DNA of 64,000 nt from Neoconidiobolus thromboides FSU 785 (lineage: Eukaryota > Fungi > Entomophthoromycota), in contig MU626270.1 in the NCBI GenBank assembly GCA_025603075.1, positions 62,001-126,000 of the forward strand, written 5' to 3'. Made by a program: the position numbers and the translations under genes. The notes beneath the pieces were generated by a model. It made no database searches. It saw only the letters and a list, made by a program, of their open reading frames with translations, and was not told the origin of the DNA. This document shows, in pieces, positions 14,171-26,500 of the stretch; position 1 is the first letter of the stretch; each line of letters opens with the position of its first letter.

Positions 14171-14997
14171 ATGGGTGGTAAGATCAAATGTTAAATATAA
14201 TATAATTCTGGTTTTAAATGAGGTTATAGCCTATAAATACCTCGAAGAATTAAGCAAAAAGAAGCAATCTGATATCATGCGCTTCTTGCTCCGTGTAAGA
14301 TGCTGGGAATACAGGTTAGTCCTTATCCCTTAGGTTATGTTGAGATTTATCTCTTCATTCCAATGACTAAGCATTACACTTCAAGTTTCTAACTTAATTT
14401 TTTTATGTTAATTCCTTGCCAACATCAGACAGCTCAATGTAATTCACCGTGCTTCCCGTCCATCTCGCCCAGATAAGGCTCGTCGTCTCGGTTACAAGGT
14501 AAATATATAACTACAGCAAAGCATACAAAAACTAATGATTTTAGGCCAAACAAGGTTATGTTATCTACCGTGTCCGCGTCCGTCGTGGTGGTCGTAAGAG
14601 ACAAGTAAAGAAAGGTGCCGTTTTCGGTAAACCAGTCAACCAAGGTATCAACGAACTTAAATCAAAACGTTCCCACCGTTCAATTGCTGAAGAACGTGTT
14701 GGTCGTCACTGCGGTGCTCTCCGTGTCCTTAACTCATACTGGGTTAACCAAGACGGTACCTACAAATACTTTGAAGTCATTTTAGTTGATCCAGCTCACG
14801 CTGCCATCCGTCGTGATCCTCGTATCCAATGGATCACCAAAGCCACTCACAAACATCGTGAAATGCGTGGACTTACCTCCACTGGTAAGAAAGCCCGTGG
14901 TATTGGAAAGGGTCATGCTTTCAACAAGACCATTGGTGGTTCTCGCAAGGCCTCTTGGTTACGTCGTAACACTACTTCCCTTCGTCGTTACCGTTAA
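14171..14997 (+). CDS. RPL15: 60S ribosomal protein eL15; 3 introns
   Basis: MG|[29 protein letters not shown]|[23 protein letters not shown]|[19 protein letters not shown]...LRRYR*. Strong codon bias typical of highly expressed genes. Confidence 0.98.
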
Positions 14998-15467
14998 ACT
15001 GTTTTTCATTTATAATGGTAGTCAAAATAATTTAAAAATAAAATCACTTTATTGTGATTTTACACTAACCGAATTGAATAGAATTTTACAATTTACAGTA
15101 ATAGGCTTTATCGATTTTATTTGGATTTTATAAGGATAGCGAGATAATAATTCATGTGTAAGAAAAGCAACCTAAAGGACAAAAATGGAATTTGATTATG
15201 TTAAGTAGAATGAACAAGATTTCAATTAGAGGCCATATCAAAATCTAGTTATTGATTTTATTTATATTGTCTATTTTGGTTCTTATACAATACATACTGG
15301 AAAAGTTATTAAAATGGAAAATGAACTCTTATTTGAAGTGCAAATAAGAAAACTAAAATACTAGTTATGAGTATAAGTTATTTAATACAAAACACTTATT
15401 TTAAATTTATTAGCAAATAAAAAATACTACATATTGATTTAATAAAATAATGTTATCTAACACTAAA

Positions 15468-18400
15468 TTATTCATCAAGTTCGCCTTCTTCCAGATCATT
15501 TTCTTTTGGAGGAGAAGGTGGGTTAGCCAAAGGAGGACTAAGGGCCTGACTTTGGTGATTGAAACCCTTATTTTCAATAGGCGGTGGTGGTGGATTGTCT
15601 TCTGGAGGTTTAGGATGGTGTGCCTCAACATTTTGAGCTTCATTTTGATTCATAAGATTCGAATTGGTCGGAGTAATAATATGGTTATTATCAATAATGG
15701 GTTGGTCTTTATGTTGTGTTTGAATATTGTTGGCTGCTATCTTTTTATGGGCCATAAAATATTCATGAGAAAGCCTTTCTTCAAATTTAATAATTTCTCG
15801 AGATTGGAATAAAAAATCCAAAGGTGGAATCTATATTTAAGATTAGTTTAAAATAATAAAGTATACTGATGTTATTACTTGAAGTTCTACTCTCTTTTCT
15901 TTGTCTTTTTCAACTCTTTGTTTAATTTCATCTTCAATTTGTTTCTTTCTTTTAGCAACTTCTCTAAAAAAAGATGAATATTAAATATCAAAGATTGATA
16001 TAACTATACCTAGCAATCTCCTCATCACGTGCTAATTGTCTTTCCAGTCTTTCCTTTCGTTCCTGGTCAGCTGCTTCTTTCGTAGAAGGCTGAAGTTTGG
16101 GAGTGACATTAGATGTATTATTATCTTTATATAATTTGAGTTCAGGGTTAACACTAGTAGCGGGCTTCTTTTGAGTATCAGACGGAGATTTATTTTTTCC
16201 CTTTAATTATTAAGTAGCTTTTCGTTATTAATTTATATGTGGTTACTTGTAAAGGTGGATCACTTCTTTGCTTTTCAACAGGCTTAACCTGATTAAAAGC
16301 TTTGGCTATAGTCAATTTTAATATGTCATAATTAATTAGTGAACTAACTACCTTTAGGGGCTATTGTATCATTCTTGTTTAATATTTTTTCAGGCTTTGT
16401 TATCTTTGACGGTAGAATAGGCTATATTAATGAGTATTTAATTTTAAACAAATAAAAACAGTGTTTTACCCTATTGGATTTACGATTTTCAGACACTCCA
16501 TAAGAATCTTTAAAAAGAAATATAAGTTAAAAATGTAATTATTTTTTTATTAAAATAAATCATTTGCTTAGGGTATAAACTTAATATATTAAGCACCCAT
16601 AGTAATTAAAGTAAAGTATTAAACTACTTAGTTCCTTATAATAAGTAAAAAAAATCAATCGCTACTACCTGAAGTGCTTGATCCAGAGCTTGAGTCTGAA
16701 TCTGAACCAGATGATTCATCTGTTGAACTTAAATCTCTTTTATGGGATGTTTCTTTACCTAATTTCAAATTATTAAGATAGAGTTACTTCTCAACTTTAC
16801 TTTATAAAGTAATTAATTACCTGTTTTTTTATAAGATGCTGGTACATGAGTTGAGCTCTGTCTGCTATCAACATTATGAGCTATTTTAGCCTGTTTCCTT
16901 TTTGGGTTTTCAACCACTTCATCGTATAATCTTGCTAAAGTGGTATTGTCCAATGAATTAACATCAAGCTCAATAGCTTTATTTGCCTAAAACATTTAAA
17001 ATTTGGAAGTCCAATAAAAAAATAAAATACCCCAATAATTTCTGGCATTGATTGACTAATAATATCTACAACTGTAGTTAATTGATCACCTTCTAATTGA
17101 TTTATAACAGCACTCAATTCAGTCATTTGTTCCATAGTAACAGGTGGGTATTCTTCATAATTATTTTTTGTACCACTTTCTTTAGATTTTCCACTTTTTA
17201 CTATATTTTTGATTTTATTTGCTGCAGGTTCATTTATATGCTTTCTTTTAACAGGTCTAGGGTCCTTTCTAACAGGCTTACTTGGTCTTGTACTTTCTTT
17301 GGTTTGCCTTTGTGATCCTAGAAATTTTCAATACAACAAAAATAGATTGAAAATAAATTACTATCAGTTTTGATTGGTACAATGTCATCTTCTGATGTTG
17401 TTTCATCAGTACTAAGTCCATCATTTATAGAGGCAGACAAACCACGTCTAGCTTCCCATTTTTTCTCAAAGACTTGTTCTAATCTTTTCCCCATCAAATA
17501 TACTTGGCCTGATGGAGGATTATATTTATAACAATTTGTGAATATTAAACGAATATCTGCGCCAAACTCATCTACCGTGTTATATTTTCCAGTATCAAGC
17601 TTGGTCTTTGCAGTAGAAAAATCCATAGGATGTTTTACAATGATTGGGTAATCTGGTATATTCATTTCTTCCCAATCTACTGGTTGAAGGAAAGGGAATG
17701 AATAGGCATTGTGTTTTTTATGAAACATTTCTTTTATCAAATTCTGACAAAATTCATAATGTTCTGCTGGCATTCTTGATTTTGAAATTCGCGTATTTTC
17801 TTTATGCAAACCATTACCATTTGTGTGAGAACCTTTCCTTAAGGGCTATTTACCTTTTAAATGTTTTTTCTTTTTAAAAAAATAAAAATTACTTGTTTGG
17901 GTTTGGGTTTAGGCTTAGTTCTTGATATTTGATGAGTGACTGGATTTGTAGTTTGTTCCAATATTTCGGTCTAATTTATAAGTTAGAATATTGTGAAGTG
18001 AAATTCAAAACTTACAGCATGGGAAAAATCACGTTTATATTTGTTAAAATAAGCTTCAAGCTTGCTGGCCATAACAGATACAGGTGCATCTTTTCCATTA
18101 TATAAATAACAATTATCGAAGATTTGCTTTATATCAGAAAAAAACTCATCAACACTATTATAATCACAAACGATGAGTTTTTTATCAATTGTATCTATAT
18201 CCATTGGCCTTTTAATAATTGTTGGATAATCAAGTAGCTTAAGCTTTTTATAATCAACTGGTTCAAGGAAAGGGCCTGCGTCAGGGTGCCTACGCATCGC
18301 TTTAATAATACTACTACATTGTTTTAAATCATCTCTTGACATTGTTGGCCTCCTTAATGGCTGTAAAATAGGGGTAGTTCGAGAAGGCTACAGAAATGTT

Positions 18401-18843
18401 AAAGCCTTTTTTTTTTTAAAAAAAAAACAGTTAAATACCTTAGGCCTGCTTCTATTTTTAGAAGCGCTTTGTTCAGGAAGATTTCCTGAATCAATATGTT
18501 CTTGGATTTCTCTTTCTGCATTAGAATTATTTCCATTACCGTATGAATTATTTTCTTTATCATCGCCGCTTATTAATTTTTGCGATTCAGGTGATGAGAA
18601 ATTTCCATCTAAAATGTTTATTTAGGCGTTTTTTTTTGAGAAAAAAAGATAATCCATACTTTGTGTAATTGGCAGTGAATTTAAAGGTTTTTTCAAGTCA
18701 GAATCTACTTGGTTATCATTATCGACAATTTCCATACTAAAATGTGATTTTTAATTAAGAAAAAGTAGATATAGCAAAATAATGAATTACTTATCGCTTT
18801 TATCAACATTGGGAATCTCATAATCCGATACTTCGTGATTCAT
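15468..18843 (-). CDS. BDF1: BET-family double bromodomain protein (BD1, BD2, ET domain, long C-terminal extension); multi-exon
   Basis: BD1 GPFLEPVD...NCYLYN (17983-18342), BD2 FPFLQPVD...NCYKYN (17318-17809), ET domain ELSAVINQL...IELDVNSLDNTTL (about 16920-17135), then a charged helix and Pro-rich tail to the stop at 15468. Confidence 0.92.
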
Positions 18844-19517
18844 ATTCACCAAAAAAATAAAGATTTGTAGTTATTTAGAGTCAAAGAATAAATCAAATAA
18901 AGAGCTTTATTTTAAAAAGATATAAATTTGTTGAAAAAAATATCTTAAGCGGTATAAACTGGATGGATGCCCTAAATTTTCTTGCTAAAATAAAAGAAAG
19001 ACAAAGTTTTAATGTTAAATTAAGGAATTAAAAAGTAGGCTTAGAAAATCTTGGAAATTGGTTTTGCTTTTCGCCTCAATTACGTAATTTGATTGGCTAT
19101 AAAGAGTTTGCCTATATTTAAGCAAATCATTTTTGTTGCCTATGGAAATTGTTAATTTTATTTGACCCTGGTTCCCTTTTTAAAATCTTATATGTTCAAG
19201 TTTTTATGAAATAATCCTACCATTTAATGTCCTTTCATAAAATATCATTTAATTGAATTCAATACTATTTTATATTGAGCTATTAAGCGTATTTATATAA
19301 ATTATAGAAATGTCAAAACTGAAGTAAAATCTAGTATTTAAAAGCAATGAAGGGTAAAAATTGAATCATTATTACTTGTAATTATAGTTGGAAGCTATGA
19401 TTTCTCATTTTTAAAATATCTGCCATAAAATCTTTAAATCAAAAACAACTATTAATGAAATGAATTTAAGACCATTTTATTCATTTATTTTACTAAATAG
19501 AGTAGTCACTTAATTTA

Positions 19518-19648
19518 ATGACTCATTTTGTGACTGTGATAATAAGCTAAAAATAAACCGTAGTGATGAAAAATAAATATTCAATCATGCTAATATAAGC
19601 TTAAGGGTGGAAATAGGAGCCAATATAATACAAATGCACGTGACCAAT
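19518..19648 (+). promoter_or_regulatory. DASS promoter: ATGACTCAT (Gcn4/AP-1 consensus), GCACGTGAC E-box and two CCAAT boxes
   Basis: ATGACTCAT 19518-19526, CCAAT 19620-19624, GCACGTGAC 19636-19644 overlapping CCAAT 19644-19648. All lie within 175 bp of the inferred ATG. Confidence 0.5.
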
Positions 19649-19689
19649 GTAATACTATATAGCGTTTCTCTTTTTTACTAATATTTTAA

Positions 19690-21955
19690 ATGAATCAAGG
19701 ACAGTCAAAAATGAGATTTGACGATGCTGAACAAATAATACAGAAAAGGCATAGCATGAGTAATAGTTAAAGTTACAACATTGGGAATATTTTTAAATAT
19801 CTTGATAGGCGAGGTTACTCCATTATTATATATAAATAATGAGTCAAATACTAGCATTACCGCAAGGCGAACTTCAATTGCAAGTTATCAATCTTCACTA
19901 AAGAAGGATAAAATAGGAGGTATTAGCAATTACTGTTGATAAAAGAGTAGTCTTGTGTTGCCATCATCAATTAACCAAAAAATTTAGATGCGTGGCATAA
20001 TTTATTTAGTGGACTTGATATTGATATTTTTGACCATCCATTATTGTCACTAATACCTTCAGTTATAATTGCAGCAATTATATGGGGTATACCTCCTGGT
20101 TCAGATTTAACCCATACTAGTATACATGTACTAGCTGTATTTGCAGGGTATTTATATTTGGGTCATTGTTTAGTATAAAAACTAATTTTTATAGTTTTAT
20201 TCTAGCTTTATTAATTTCTTCTTACGAAGTTTCGGCATTAATAGCTATAGCTTTATCAGTATTGGCTTTGACTAAAAATCTCATGTGTAAAGGTAGTGAT
20301 GGAGCTTCTTTAGAGTGTAATTTATGTGGAATCATTGACTCATGTAACGCATACAAAGTAACGAATTTTAAATTAAGATACAACGACTTAATTTTTTTCA
20401 GAGTAGCTTCCATGTAATAGTATCAGGGTACAAAATTTTCAGTTTTATTAATAACAAATAATAATTGTTTAGTTTTACAAATGATGTAGTGTGGTTAGTC
20501 TTTTGTGCTTTCCATATTGGAAAAGGTAATAACTCAGCCTCATATTTTACTGTATTAATTTCTTTGTTTAGCTGTGGAAGTTAGTGGCTTAGGTAAGCGT
20601 ATTGCCATGCACTTAGTTGCTATGATGGGAAGTAGCACCACTGGCCTTGGACTAAGTTTTTGCTTTGCAGGTAAAATTCGATTACTAATTGATTTGGTTT
20701 AATTTAATTTAAATATCATATATTTTTTAAATAGAGTTTATACTTGCACCATTTATACCATCTAATAGTGCAAGAGGTGGCGGAGTTGTAGCACCTATAG
20801 TAACATCAGTTATTCAAGTAATTGAAGAGAGTTCCAATAATTTGACATTTCATGATAATAGCATCAATCGTTACTTGATTTTAATTGCTAGTCAAGCCAA
20901 CTTGATCTCGTCTTCTTTATTTTTGACAGGATTAGCACCAAACCCATTGATAAGTGCAAAAGCTTATCAAGTATTCAAAGTAGAATTTGGATTTATGCAG
21001 TGGCTTACAGGGAGTTTTGTACCAGGCTTTTTTACACTTTTAGTAACGCCTTTCTTTTTATTTTGGATAGTTAAGCCAAAAGGATATAATGGAGAAATAA
21101 TTCAAAATGATATAAAATCAAAGCTTGATACTTTAGGACCTGTAACATTTAAAGAATGGGTAATTTCAATATATTCGTACTTCAGATAATCTAATTTTTA
21201 GAAATTAATTATTGTATTAATGGTATGCCTCACTTTATGGTCTACTGAATCACATACTGGGCTTAATAATGCTTTAATTGGGTTTTTAGCAATGGTAACT
21301 ATGATCCTAGTTGATATTTTATCCTGGGAGGATATCTCTAAGAATACTAAAGCGGTAATAATATTCTTACAACTTATGTTAAATATTTATGTGTTGCACT
21401 AGTGGGATACTTTATTTTGGTTATCTGGCTTTATAGTTTTGGCTGAACAGCTAAGTGAGTTAAATATTTCAGATTGGTTAGGAGATAAAGTGGCAAAGTC
21501 ATTAATTTCAGAAAACTTTTCTCCAGTCCAATCAAGTATTATACTTGCTTTGATCTATTTTCTTTCAATGTATATGTTTTCTTCGGCTACGGGGCATATT
21601 GTAGCGTTAGTAGCTGCCTTCCTTGAAGCAGGCGTAAGGTTAGACTGTCCTCCGTTTTTATTGATTTCATTGCTGGCGTATTTTAGCTCCTTGTGTTGTT
21701 GTATGGTAATACTGTTTTTATCCATTTTATTTATATTTTGATTTATTGCTATTAGACTACTTATTCAACTGGTAAATAAACAGATGTTTAAAAATATGAT
21801 ACTAACTTTACTTAGGTTCATTAGCGATTTATTTTGGTCAAGGTTACGTAGAGCGTAAACAATGGTTTACTGTTGGATTTTTTATGGCCTTATTTTATTT
21901 CAGTATATACTTTACTATTGGAATGGCATGGTGGAAACTTTTAGGATGGTGGTAA
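19690..21955 (+). CDS. DASS/SLC13 dicarboxylate/citrate transporter of the CitT/DiT type, without an SPX domain; multi-exon
   Basis: Motifs FIPSNSARGGGVVAPIV, WLTGSFVPG, WDTLFWLSGFIVLAEQL, MFSSATGHIVAL, YSTGSLAIYFGQGY and C-terminal WWKLLGWW*. The start at 19690 is inferred from an open spliced frame. Confidence 0.85.
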
Positions 21956-23580
21956 TGTTTAAATTGTTATAATAAATTTGTACTTTATGTTATTTTTTGC
22001 TGACTAAATGAAATTAAAACCTTACTTAAAGCCTAATTGTTACAATATTTAAGAATACCTAAAGTATTAATTTTTGCGCAAATTTATTAGCGCTTTCATC
22101 ACATAAGATACATCAACTGATGTAAAAGCTTTATTATTATTAACATTGTTTTATGTTTATAAATTAAAATAATATATTTTTTATAACAAATACAGCTTTA
22201 TATAAACCAGACAATAAAACAACATTACAATAAAATTACTACCTGTATCATGATTATAATTTGTGAAATTGAAGATTACTCATTATTATTCTTCTAGCTA
22301 TCTTTTATCTTTAGATTTTAAATTGGTAAAGATTTATAATATGGTTTTTATTTTAAATATTTAAAATTAAATATTATTGGCCAATTAAGTACAAAATCTT
22401 CCTTTTCAGAGTAAATATAAGATTTATATTATAACATTTTGGATAGAGATTTCAACTTAAGTATAAATTATTTTATAAGGATGGGCTTAAAGTCGAATAT
22501 TGTAGTATCATATTGTATTAATAATAATCTCTTTATTAGTTTAAGGAGCTAAAGCTTAGCGTCTAGTTTTTATTTAAATTTTTAGCGCTATTTGTTTTAA
22601 AAATGCAAGTTTTAAAATCAAGTAGAGTTGGTTACAAAAGAGCAATCTTTTCGCCTTTGAACCAATAATATTTGGGATTGTAGTACACTCAAGAATAAAA
22701 AACTATACATTTCAAAGTGATAATCTAATTAAGGAAAAAAATCAACTTTTACATTATTTTCAATAGTAAAAAAAGTGATTCTATCTTTTCTAAAGCTCTA
22801 AAATACTTTTGTTATTGCTACAAATCTGTTTTTACTTAACTTATTTGTAGAGTTCAGAATAAATCGTTTACCATGCTTAGTTAGATTTCTTGTTTATAAT
22901 CTGTAACCATAAAACTTTAAAATAAATTAAGATATTAAAATAGTATTATCAGTATGGAAATAAACTTATTTAGCATTTTATAAAGCTTCATTTATAAATT
23001 TACTTAGCTTTTATAACTGATTCATTAGTGACTAAAGAATTAACCATAAGTCTAGATTATTAATTAGTTTTTGTACTAACATACAAGAAAACATCATTAA
23101 GAGGAGTTCAATAGGTGAATAACATGAATTTTGAATCAATTTGGCGGCATAATAATTATGATTTAATGTAGCTATCATTTATTTTTTTATCTCATAAATA
23201 TTTTTCTAAATAATTTTTTTGATTATTAGTGTATGCTTAAGCTATCTGGTTTAATCAAATTAAATCACTTTCAACGGTTAATTCTAGCGAATTACTATCT
23301 GAACTTTGGCCTATATCACTTTAAACCAATCATATACTTAAATCTCAGAAGCAGCCCAAACATTCAATCAAAGTCTTTTTAACTATTTTGGGTAAATTTT
23401 AACCACACAGGGCAAAGGCATAGGAATAAATTTAGCAAATAAGAATAAATTAATGTAATATTAAGAATAATTTATTTGATAAGTTATTGATTGAATTATT
23501 GAAGTTTCTGAAGTATATATTAAAACAGAGTCTTACTTTCTATACTAAAAAGTTCCATTTTATTTATTTTATTAAAGGCG

Positions 23581-26500
23581 ATGGCTCAAAGGCAGGAACC
23601 TACGCTACAACAGAATATCAATTCAGTTATAAATCATCAACAGATGGTCAACCTAACTAATGATCAATTACGAAATGAACAATATAATTTAAATTATCGA
23701 AATGGAGTCATGAATAATCAACAAAATGGGCATTATAATACTATGAGTAATCAGCATGAAGAAGAGGAAGAAGAAGAAGAATATGAAAACGACAACATAC
23801 AACTAAACGAACAATTTGGTCATTTCGCCATCACAACTGCAAGGTATCCCGAGCCTTGGGTAAATTCTCCGCAACCAAGTTATATAAATTTTAATCAAAA
23901 TAATCCAGTTAACTATCATTACCCTGTTCAAGGGATATATCCAATGCACCAGATGCCAGCATTTTTACCAGTGCCAAATCACCCACATGAAGCTCTAATG
24001 ATTGCACCCCCAACACCAAATATCCTTTCTGTATATATGTATGATCACGCAATGAATTACTATAATAGGGAATATCAACCAGATCTTCATTTGTCACATT
24101 TTTTCTATGGTACACCCGCAAATAATCAAGGAGTTATTATGAATAATCAATATGCATTGCCACCAATTCAAGAGATCTCGGATTATAACAGTGGAGGTAA
24201 ACAATATAATAATACTAATGATAATTACACGATGTATAATCAACAATGGGGCTCAAGGTGGAATAATAATGGACAAATACCTCAATATAAAACACATGGG
24301 ACAACTATAAATAGCCAATATCATGGAAGCTTTCAAAATTATCAAGGAATTAGATATCAAAATGGTCAATCAGTAATAAACAATCCAAACTCAGCCACTA
24401 TTGGGCATTATGGAAATATATCTTACCCACAAATAGACTCGAATGGTGTTCCAATAGTTTATTCAACACAGACATATCAATTCCAACATCATTATGTTCC
24501 CCAAGCCCCAATAAACTTACAAGAGCAATATGTATATGGAACCAACGTAACAATAAAAAATGCAAAACTTGAGCCTTGGAGAGATCATTTATTACAATAT
24601 GCACATAGTTTATATACATCAAATTCACATTCACCTAACCTTCTCCCTTTACTTATAACATTAAACCAACTCCATCCTAACCATCTTCCTATATTGCTTC
24701 TTTTAGCATGTGTATACTATGCTCACGGAAATCACCAAACTTCTCTTGAGTTTCATTTTGAAATACTTAAAATAGATCCTAACTATGTTGAAGCCATGGG
24801 TAATATAGGAACAACTTTTAGAAATATGGGACAAGATAAAGAAGCAGAACATTGGTGGTGGAAAGCTATAAAGATAAGACCAACTTATTGGGATGCAGTC
24901 GAAAATCTTATTGGATTATTAACCTTTTCTAGGCCTCCAAGTATGCAGCAACCTCAAGACCATAATAATCAAGTTCCAAATCAGAATTCCCCAAGGTATA
25001 GTGAAGCTTATAAATTGTGTTGTTATGTAGAATCACATGTTTTGGGTAATAATAGTTTTGAAGATTTTTGTAAAGATCCATGCCAAATATTAGGCCAAGC
25101 ATTTGTGCCTAGATTTCAAAACTTGTTATACTCAAAAGGAAATATGATGTATGCAATGGGTAAAATAAATGAAGCGAGAAAAGAATATGAAAGGGCACTT
25201 CAACTAATTTTTGGTGGATTTACATTATTTGAGATAATAGCGCAAATCCTTGCATTGTATTTGCCTCCAGAAGTAGTTCCGCACCCTGATAATCTTTCTA
25301 AGTTTGAGTTATCACAAACACCGAATGTACTTTTGCCACCTCATGTTAGTCTTCAACTTTATGGAATGTTATTTGCAAATTCTGGAGGAATACTTCCTGG
25401 TATGCTTGATCGTTCAAGAACTGAAATCACACAGCCTAACTTTCATAATCTAGCATGTCAAACAACTTCAGTTGTTATTTTGACTTTAGCTAAAATATAC
25501 CAAGATACTTGTATTAATCCACACCCACTTTCGCTTCTTTTACCGCTCTATTATCTATCTTTGTCATTATACCCTAGCCCATCTACATGTAACAATTTGG
25601 GTATTTTGCTTAGCAATATTCCAGCTCCTTTACCAACTGGAAATAACCAACCTCCTCAAGTAACTGGGGGTAATCTTGCACTTCAATATTATTCATATGG
25701 TTTAACTTTGGATGCTCGTCATCCACATTTGTATACTAATCTTGGTTCGTTACTTAAAGATATGGGTAATATCGGTGAAGCCATAAGGATGTATGAAAAA
25801 GCAGTAGAATGTAATCCCAAATTTGATGTTGCTTTGGCTAACCTAGGAAACGCGTTGAAAGACTCTGGAAGGACACAGGATAGTATTCAATGGTATATGA
25901 GAGCAGTTGAAATAAACCCAGAATTTACAGAAGCAGTTTGTGGTTTAGTTAATGCCTTAGGAGGTATTTGTGATTGGCGCGGACGCCATACTTATAAAGA
26001 CCCCCACAGCAACATGGTTAGACTTGGATGGATGGATCGTATTATACAAATTGTTAATAAACAACTTATATCTGGATCGGACTGGGGGCGTGGTGTAATA
26101 CTTTCACAGAATTCAATAGATAAAAACACATTTATTTCAGATATGTTACGCTGCTTCCAATCAAGTAAAGATAGTACTTGGAAGGAACGCTATTCGATTT
26201 GGCAAAAATTAAGTACTTCTTGTCAAGCCACAATACCTAATGAAGGGGGATGGGCGATGAGGGCAATAGAAAAGGCGATACGTAAACTCCAACGTTTATG
26301 GTATTGGAAACATTATAAATATGCACCTAATTCTGGAAAGATAAATTTAACTCAACTTAAACAAAGTGAGTTGGCTCTTTATAAAAGGCCTGATTTACCC
26401 AAGCTACCACTTCCCCCATTGCCAACTGTTCTACCATTCCATACATTTACCTATCCACTTACACCAAGGCAGGTCAGACTTATAAGTCATCGTAATGCTT

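Noticed and set aside
14315-14428. Long (114-nt) RPL15 intron as a snoRNA host
   Set aside because: Only a mismatched C-like box (ATGTTGA), no CTGA D box and no convincing H/ACA fold. An Infernal/Rfam scan would be needed.
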